Shown here piece after piece: positions 15,843 through 20,383 of a stretch of 20,383 bases of DNA. The stretch's first letter is position 1. Each line of letters begins with the position of its first letter. Where the stretch lies: the NCBI GenBank assembly GCA_039802265.1, contig JBDRWI010000044.1:1-20383 (forward strand), written 5' to 3'. The stretch comes from a candidate division WOR-3 bacterium (GTDB lineage: Bacteria > Hydrothermota > Tepidihabitantia > SM23-42 > JAOAFX01). The notes under the pieces are model-generated. The model was not told the DNA's origin, ran no database searches, and saw only the letters and a program-made list of their open reading frames with translations. The position numbers were made by a program, and so were the translations under genes.

Positions 15843-17312
15843 ATGTTTCATAAAGAAAATATCGGTTCCCCAAGTGCCCTCATCCTCCTACACCCACTAA
15901 TAATTACCTTTCTACTGCTCACCACTTCTTATCCGGTTAACTACACGGTTCCCGCATCATACTGGTTTATCATTCTTGCATCTTTTATCCTTGCAATTAT
16001 CTTTTTCTTCTTACAATACTGGTTGAATCTGCAGCCCCTGCTTTATGTAATATTCATCACGGATATCATCCTCATAAGCACCGTAGTTCATATTACCGGC
16101 GGTGCGGGAAGTATGTTCCCGTTACTTTATATGATTTTAATAATTGCTTCCGCCATTTATCTTTTCCGAAACGGCGCCTATATCATCAGCCTGTTTTCAG
16201 TTCTGTCTTTTTTTGGTCTTCTTTTATATGAATCAAAGGTTGAAGGATTTCCAATGGATTATGTAATGCAGCGCTTCTATCTCTTTGCCCTCCTATTTTT
16301 ATTTACCGGAATCCTCAGTGGCGGTCTATCAGAACAGATTAGAAAGAAAACCATGGAATTTAAAAGGTTGAGCCTGACCACCGAGGAAATTATAAAAAAT
16401 CTACCTTCAGGCATTATCACTATTGACGGTTCGGGAACGGTTATTTATACGAATCTAACCGATGATATCCTGCGCACCCGGGTTCATCTCTATCTGGCGA
16501 AATTTTTAAAAAATCCCGATGACATTTCCTGGACAACTGAACTGAAGATAAAGAAGAGATATTATTTACTTTCTTGTGCTATAATTGGTAATTCTCAGGG
16601 TGCACTTGCCATACTACAGGATTTAACTGAGATTAAAAAATTGGAAGAGAAATCGAAGATTTCAAGTCAAACAAAGATGCTTGCAGAACTCGGTGGTTCC
16701 CTCGCCCATGAGATTCGTAATCCTTTATCCTCAATTCGCGGTGCCCTGGAAGTAATTGCCGGTTCTCAGGTCTCAACCACCGCCCTTCCATTCATTGAGA
16801 TGGCACTCAAAGAAGCAAGAAGGCTGAATGAAATTGTTACTGATTTTCTACAGTTTGCCCAGTTTGTTCCAAAAAAGGCTAACCGGATAAAGGTGAGTGA
16901 TGCAATAAGTGAGGCACTTATTGATATTGCAAATTACATTTCCGAGAAAAAATTACAGGTAATAAGGAGCGGCGAGGACTTTTCTTGTATGGCGGACCTC
17001 AATCGGTTGAAATCGGGTATCTCAAATATCCTGAGTAATGCCTGTGATGCAAGCAGCCCAGGGCAAAAGATTTACATAAAGACCGCACGAGACAATAAAT
17101 GGGGAATTATCGAAATCATTGACCAGGGAATAGGCATTCCCAAAAAAGATTTAAAAAAGATCTTCATTCCATTTTACACCACAAAGAAGGGCGGCACGGG
17201 ACTCGGACTTTCTATTGCTCAGAAAATCATTGAGGCGCACAACGGGAGGATAGAAGTTTCAAGTCAAATTCGAAAAGGGACAACCTTCAGAATAATCCTT
17301 CCATTGGTTTAA
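15843..17312 (+). CDS. pilS: PilS-like membrane sensor histidine kinase
   Basis: About six N-terminal TM helices with ITGGAGSMFPLLY, a short PAS-like start (IIKNLPSGIITID), H-box LAHEIRNPLSSI, N-box NILSNACDA, G1 DQGIGI, F-box PFYTTK and G2 GGTGLGL. It follows pilB-pilT-pilC. Confidence 0.8.
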   Translation: MFHKENIGSPSALILLHPLIITFLLLTTSYPVNYTVPASYWFIILASFILAIIFFFLQYWLNLQPLLYVIFITDIILISTVVHITGGAGSMFPLLYMILIIASAIYLFRNGAYIISLFSVLSFFGLLLYESKVEGFPMDYVMQRFYLFALLFLFTGILSGGLSEQIRKKTMEFKRLSLTTEEIIKNLPSGIITIDGSGTVIYTNLTDDILRTRVHLYLAKFLKNPDDISWTTELKIKKRYYLLSCAIIGNSQGALAILQDLTEIKKLEEKSKISSQTKMLAELGGSLAHEIRNPLSSIRGALEVIAGSQVSTTALPFIEMALKEARRLNEIVTDFLQFAQFVPKKANRIKVSDAISEALIDIANYISEKKLQVIRSGEDFSCMADLNRLKSGISNILSNACDASSPGQKIYIKTARDNKWGIIEIIDQGIGIPKKDLKKIFIPFYTTKKGGTGLGLSIAQKIIEAHNGRIEVSSQIRKGTTFRIILPLV

Positions 17313-17347
17313 TTTATGTCTGGTAAGTTGTCGTCTTAAATTTATTG

Positions 17348-18103
17348 ATGAGAAATTTTAAACTCACCATTGAATATGAAGGGACAGACTTTTTTGGCTG
17401 GCAGTATCAACCAAACAAGAGGACAGTTCAGGGTGAGATAGAGTCCGCCCTAAAAAGAATAACAAAAGAAAATATTAGAGTTATTGGAGCGGGTAGAACC
17501 GACCAGGGTGTCCATGCCCTTGGACAGGTTGCAAATTTCAAGACTGAATCAGAGATTAAACCAGAAAATCTAAAGGATGCCCTAAATTCACTTATCGCTG
17601 ATGATGTATATATAAAAGAGATTATTGAAGTTCCCCTTGATTTTAACGCCCGTAGTAGTGCAAAGAGTAAGATTTATCAATATAATATTATGCGTAAGTA
17701 CTCGCCATTGCAAAGGCGATATTTCTGGCTCGTCGAATATACCCTTAATCTTGGGGAGATGAAGAGAGCAATTCGCTATTTTATTGGTGAACATGATTTT
17801 AAAAATCTCTCAGTATCCGACAGAAGCGAAAACAAATTATCGCAAATTGATGGAAATAATCGAAAATCCACTCTATGCATGATATATAACATTTCTATTA
17901 CCGAGGCAGGTTCGCAACTTATGATAAATATAGAAGGAAATCGATTTTTACGCAAAATGGTAAGAGGAATCGTTGGGGTACTGATTGATATCGGCCGGGG
18001 GAGGTTTAAATCCGAAGATGTCTATGAGATTTATGAAGGAAAAATAAAAAACTTATATTTTGCCCCACCCCATGGATTATATTTGGTGGAGGTAAGATAT
18101 TAA
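17348..18103 (+). CDS. truA: tRNA pseudouridine(38-40) synthase TruA
   Basis: KLTIEYEGTDFFGWQYQ, the catalytic GAGRTDQGVHA, FNAR..AKSKIYQY, GNRFLRKMVRGIVG, APPHGLYLVEVRY. Start is ATG 17348 or TTG 17345. Confidence 0.96.
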   Translation: MRNFKLTIEYEGTDFFGWQYQPNKRTVQGEIESALKRITKENIRVIGAGRTDQGVHALGQVANFKTESEIKPENLKDALNSLIADDVYIKEIIEVPLDFNARSSAKSKIYQYNIMRKYSPLQRRYFWLVEYTLNLGEMKRAIRYFIGEHDFKNLSVSDRSENKLSQIDGNNRKSTLCMIYNISITEAGSQLMINIEGNRFLRKMVRGIVGVLIDIGRGRFKSEDVYEIYEGKIKNLYFAPPHGLYLVEVRY

Positions 18104-18109
18104 AATCAT

Positions 18110-18463
18110 TCAGAAGGCATCTTTTAAATGTTCGTATTCAATTTTAGTTCCACGCCGCGTAATGGCAAGGACATCAAAATGAATCTCGGTATCAAGGGGT
18201 AAATGGTGTAACCTCAGCCAGTATAGCGTAGCTTTTTTTATCTTCTCCTGTTTATTTTTAATTACCGATTCCTGGGGTAACCCATAATCTAATTTGCTTC
18301 TAAATTTAACCTCAACGAATCTATAGAGATTATCCTTCCTCAGAATCAAGTCAATCTCACCGTATCGGGTATGGAAATTATGCGCGACAATGTTGTATCC
18401 CAAGTTCTGAAAATATTTACTTGCCAGCTCTTCACCAAATTTCCCGATATTTCTTTTATTCAT
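18110..18463 (-). CDS. yraN: YraN family (UPF0102) PD-(D/E)xK nuclease-like protein
   Basis: Start reassigned to ATG 18463: MNKRNIGKFGEELASKY...NFHTRYGEIDLI...FVEVKFR...FDVLAI...EHLKDAF. It directly follows rnhB, a common arrangement. Confidence 0.9.
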   Translation of the reverse strand: MNKRNIGKFGEELASKYFQNLGYNIVAHNFHTRYGEIDLILRKDNLYRFVEVKFRSKLDYGLPQESVIKNKQEKIKKATLYWLRLHHLPLDTEIHFDVLAITRRGTKIEYEHLKDAF

Positions 18464-18470
18464 CAAAAAA

Positions 18471-19055
18471 TTAAAGTAGCCGAAATGATTGACGGTGGAT
18501 CGGACAGGGACCGTATTTCTGGAGGCATCGCCGGTGCAGTAGTGTGGGATAACCTTTATGCCGGGCAAATTGATACTGCGGATATTTTTTATGGTACTCA
18601 AGCATTATAGCATCCCTTTTTACCTTTGCAAGAATTGATGCGGCAGCAATAGAGATACTCAAAGAATCACCTTTTATTATTGGAATTTGTAAAATGGGTA
18701 ACTCGGGAATTGTCAGGGCATCAATAAGAATGACTTGAGGGTTTATTTTTAATCCTGAGATTGCCTCATACATTGCCCTTTTTGTGGCATTCAATATGTT
18801 AACTTTATCAATTATTTCCGGTTCAACAATACCAAAGGAAAATGAGAGCGCTGAATCCATTATCACTTTAAATAATCTTTCGCGTTTTTCGGACTTCAAT
18901 TTTTTTGAATCGTCAATTTCTGGATGATAAAAATTCTTAGGTAAAATTACTGCTGCGGCAACAACCGGACCAGCAAGAGGTCCCCGACCTGCCTCATCAC
19001 ATCCGGCAATAAATTCAAACCTCTCCCAGAATTGGTTATCCAGCAGTGCCTTCAG
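18471..19055 (-). CDS. rnhB: Ribonuclease HII (probable CTG start)
   Basis: The frame extends upstream of the ORF-track start through [23 protein letters not shown]...DDSKKL. Also present: [42 protein letters not shown]. The SD-supported start upstream of DEAG is CTG at 19055. Confidence 0.93.
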   Translation of the reverse strand: MKALLDNQFWERFEFIAGCDEAGRGPLAGPVVAAAVILPKNFYHPEIDDSKKLKSEKRERLFKVIMDSALSFSFGIVEPEIIDKVNILNATKRAMYEAISGLKINPQVILIDALTIPELPILQIPIIKGDSLSISIAAASILAKVKRDAIMLEYHKKYPQYQFARHKGYPTLLHRRCLQKYGPCPIHRQSFRLL

Positions 19056-19410
19056 ATTTTTTCTCCTTCTCTGCTTGAAGCCCTTCCTGTTCTTGAGGCG
19101 GAGTTGAAGGCAATTGAGCAGTTTTAATCTTTTTGACTTTCTTTGCCCTCAGATAGGTGAGCCTTGCCCGCCTGACCTTACCCTTTTTCTTCACCTCAAT
19201 TTTGGCAATAGAAGGTGAATTTAACGGAAAGATTCTTTCCACACCGATACCCGCTGAAACCTTGCGCACGGTAAATGTCTTACTTACACCTTGCCCCTTG
19301 ATCTGGACCACCACTCCTTGAAAAGGGGTCAGGCGTGTCTTATCGCCTTCAGTAATCTTAACATAAACCTTTACCAGGTCACCGGGTTTAAATTCTAATT
19401 TCTGTTTCAT
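19036..19410 (-). CDS. rplS: 50S ribosomal protein L19
   Basis: [29 protein letters not shown]...[22 protein letters not shown]...[19 protein letters not shown]. Short N-terminus and low-complexity C-terminal tail. Confidence 0.96.
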   Translation of the reverse strand: MKQKLEFKPGDLVKVYVKITEGDKTRLTPFQGVVVQIKGQGVSKTFTVRKVSAGIGVERIFPLNSPSIAKIEVKKKGKVRRARLTYLRAKKVKKIKTAQLPSTPPQEQEGLQAEKEKKSEGTAG

Positions 19411-20128
19411 TGACGACCTCCAGTAGGATGTCCAAGTCTTCTTTGGAAAACTTTAAATTGCCCAGTAGTTCAGGTCTTTTAATTAGTGTTTTTCTCAGCG
19501 ATTCTTTCCTTCGCCACCGGGCAATTTTTTTATGGTCCCCGCTTTTCAGGACCGACGGCACCTTAAACATTTTATAATTATCAGGCCGGGTATAAATATC
19601 TGCAGCCAGAAGCCCGGCTTGCAGAGAATCGTCTTCTGCGGAATCAATATTACCCAAGACACCGGGTAATAATCGGGTTATTGCCTCAATCAAGACCAGT
19701 GCTGCTGCCTCACCTCCAGCCAGGACATAATCACCAATTGAAATCTCCAGCGGCTTATAAATTAAATTTATTCTTTCGTCAATCCCCTTATACCTTCCAC
19801 AAATTAAAATGAGATGACATTTGCCGCTCAAATCTTGAATAATCTTCTGGCTGAGTAATTGTCCTGCAGGACTGAAATTTACAACTATTGAATCATTCCT
19901 TTTTACCGCCTCAATTGCCCTCACCAGAGGTTCGGGTTTCAATACCATACCAGCGCCGCCACCATACTGGTAATCATCTACTGTCCCTTCATCGGTGAAA
20001 TCTCTCGGGTTGGTGATGTTAACCTTTATTATTCCCTTTTCACGCGCGATTTTCAGTGTCCCGCAGGAGAACGGCCCGTTAAAATATTCGGGAAATAAAG
20101 AAATTATATCAAAATTTATCAGCCGCAC
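19388..20128 (-). CDS. trmD: tRNA (guanine37-N1)-methyltransferase TrmD
   Basis: [81 protein letters not shown] start. Confidence 0.96.
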   Translation of the reverse strand: MRLINFDIISLFPEYFNGPFSCGTLKIAREKGIIKVNITNPRDFTDEGTVDDYQYGGGAGMVLKPEPLVRAIEAVKRNDSIVVNFSPAGQLLSQKIIQDLSGKCHLILICGRYKGIDERINLIYKPLEISIGDYVLAGGEAAALVLIEAITRLLPGVLGNIDSAEDDSLQAGLLAADIYTRPDNYKMFKVPSVLKSGDHKKIARWRRKESLRKTLIKRPELLGNLKFSKEDLDILLEVVNETEIRI

Positions 20129-20134
20129 GATGTG

Positions 20135-20162
20135 ATTATAGACATATTTTGCCTTTTGTCAA
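20135..20162 (-). promoter_or_regulatory. Sigma70-type promoter TTGACA-16-TATAAT, 6 nt upstream of the trmD GTG (leaderless)
   Basis: Plus strand TGTCAA at 20157-20162 and ATTATA at 20135-20140; GTG begins at 20128. Confidence 0.78.
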
Positions 20163-20203
20163 TAAATTGGTAGCCACAATCATAACTGAGTCCTCCTCAC
20201 TTT

Positions 20204-20255
20204 TTCTCCTCCCCCTTTGATGGGAGTTTTGCCCCCCGGATTAAGGTGGGGGTGA
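20204..20255. repeat. GC-rich palindromic REP-like element (TTCTCCTCCCCCTTTGATGGGAG...GGATTAAGGTGGGGGTGA)
   Basis: C- and G-runs form CTCCC/GGGAG and GCCCCC/GGGGGT stems in an otherwise AT-rich region. Similar to the partial element at 1..30. Confidence 0.45.
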
Positions 20256-20260
20256 TAAAG

Positions 20261-20383
20261 ATGAATATCTTACTCTCACCGCTCCACAAAACCCCACTCA
20301 AGACCCTCCAATTGCTCACGGCAACTTTTGTTGACATCCGTAAACCAGTCCTGTGTGAATTGGCGCGCCAATTACCGGTTCCG
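20261..20383 (+). mobile_element. Possible N-terminus of an IS4-family transposase (runs off the window)
   Basis: Open frame MNILLSPLHKTPLKTLQLLTATFVDIRKPVLCELARQLPVP resembles, from memory, the LHK..LKTL..L...L.ELAR.LP N-terminal helix region of IS4-family transposases. Only 41 codons are visible. Confidence 0.4.

Noticed and set aside
17316..17339. Tiny ORF MSGKLSS after pilS as a relic of pilR
   Set aside because: Seven codons carry no diagnostic receiver-domain signal.
18464..18601. ORF-track extension of yraN overlapping rnhB
   Set aside because: It overlaps the conserved rnhB C-terminus, and YraN homology starts at ATG 18463.
286..18610. Numerous 60-170 aa antisense or alternate-frame ORFs (e.g. 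3565..3960, 10915..11340, 14746..15264, 15261..15605)
   Set aside because: They shadow well-supported genes and show no motifs or initiation signals.
1..20383. CRISPR arrays, tRNA/rRNA genes, stop-codon recoding
   Set aside because: I saw no regularly spaced repeat-spacer units or cloverleaf/rRNA signatures, and conserved genes end normally at TAA, TAG and TGA.

Overview
AT-rich bacterial chromosomal window using the standard genetic code. The gene set (PorV/PorQ-type barrel, DUF1844, DUF2723, a pilB-pilT-pilC-pilS cluster, very short hydrophobic N-termini) suggests a diderm related to the FCB group, such as candidate division WOR-3; this is inference, not a taxonomic result. Left to right: FecR-like/TPR protein (-), DUF1844, DUF2723 membrane glycosyltransferase, thermonuclease-OB lipoprotein (-), a YidD-like gene with two paralogous TPR-membrane genes, a PorV/PorQ barrel fused to an OmpA-like domain (-), a ~740 bp intergenic region with small ORFs and repeats, rmlD (-), a small 4-Cys protein (-), a type IV pilus motor cluster with two tandem pilB paralogues plus pilT, pilC and an orphan pilS, truA, then yraN, rnhB, rplS and trmD (all -), a GC-rich palindromic repeat, and a possible IS4 transposase start at the right edge. 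The most notable patterns are: (1) eight sigma70-type promoters that all have a 16-bp spacer, most placed for leaderless translation; (2) ultrashort signal peptides followed by Gln; (3) a probable CTG start for rnhB; (4) two PilB copies that differ in their c-di-GMP-binding (MshEN) motif; (5) the PorV-CRD-OmpA fusion behind a long leader containing small ORFs. No CRISPR array, rRNA or tRNA was seen.
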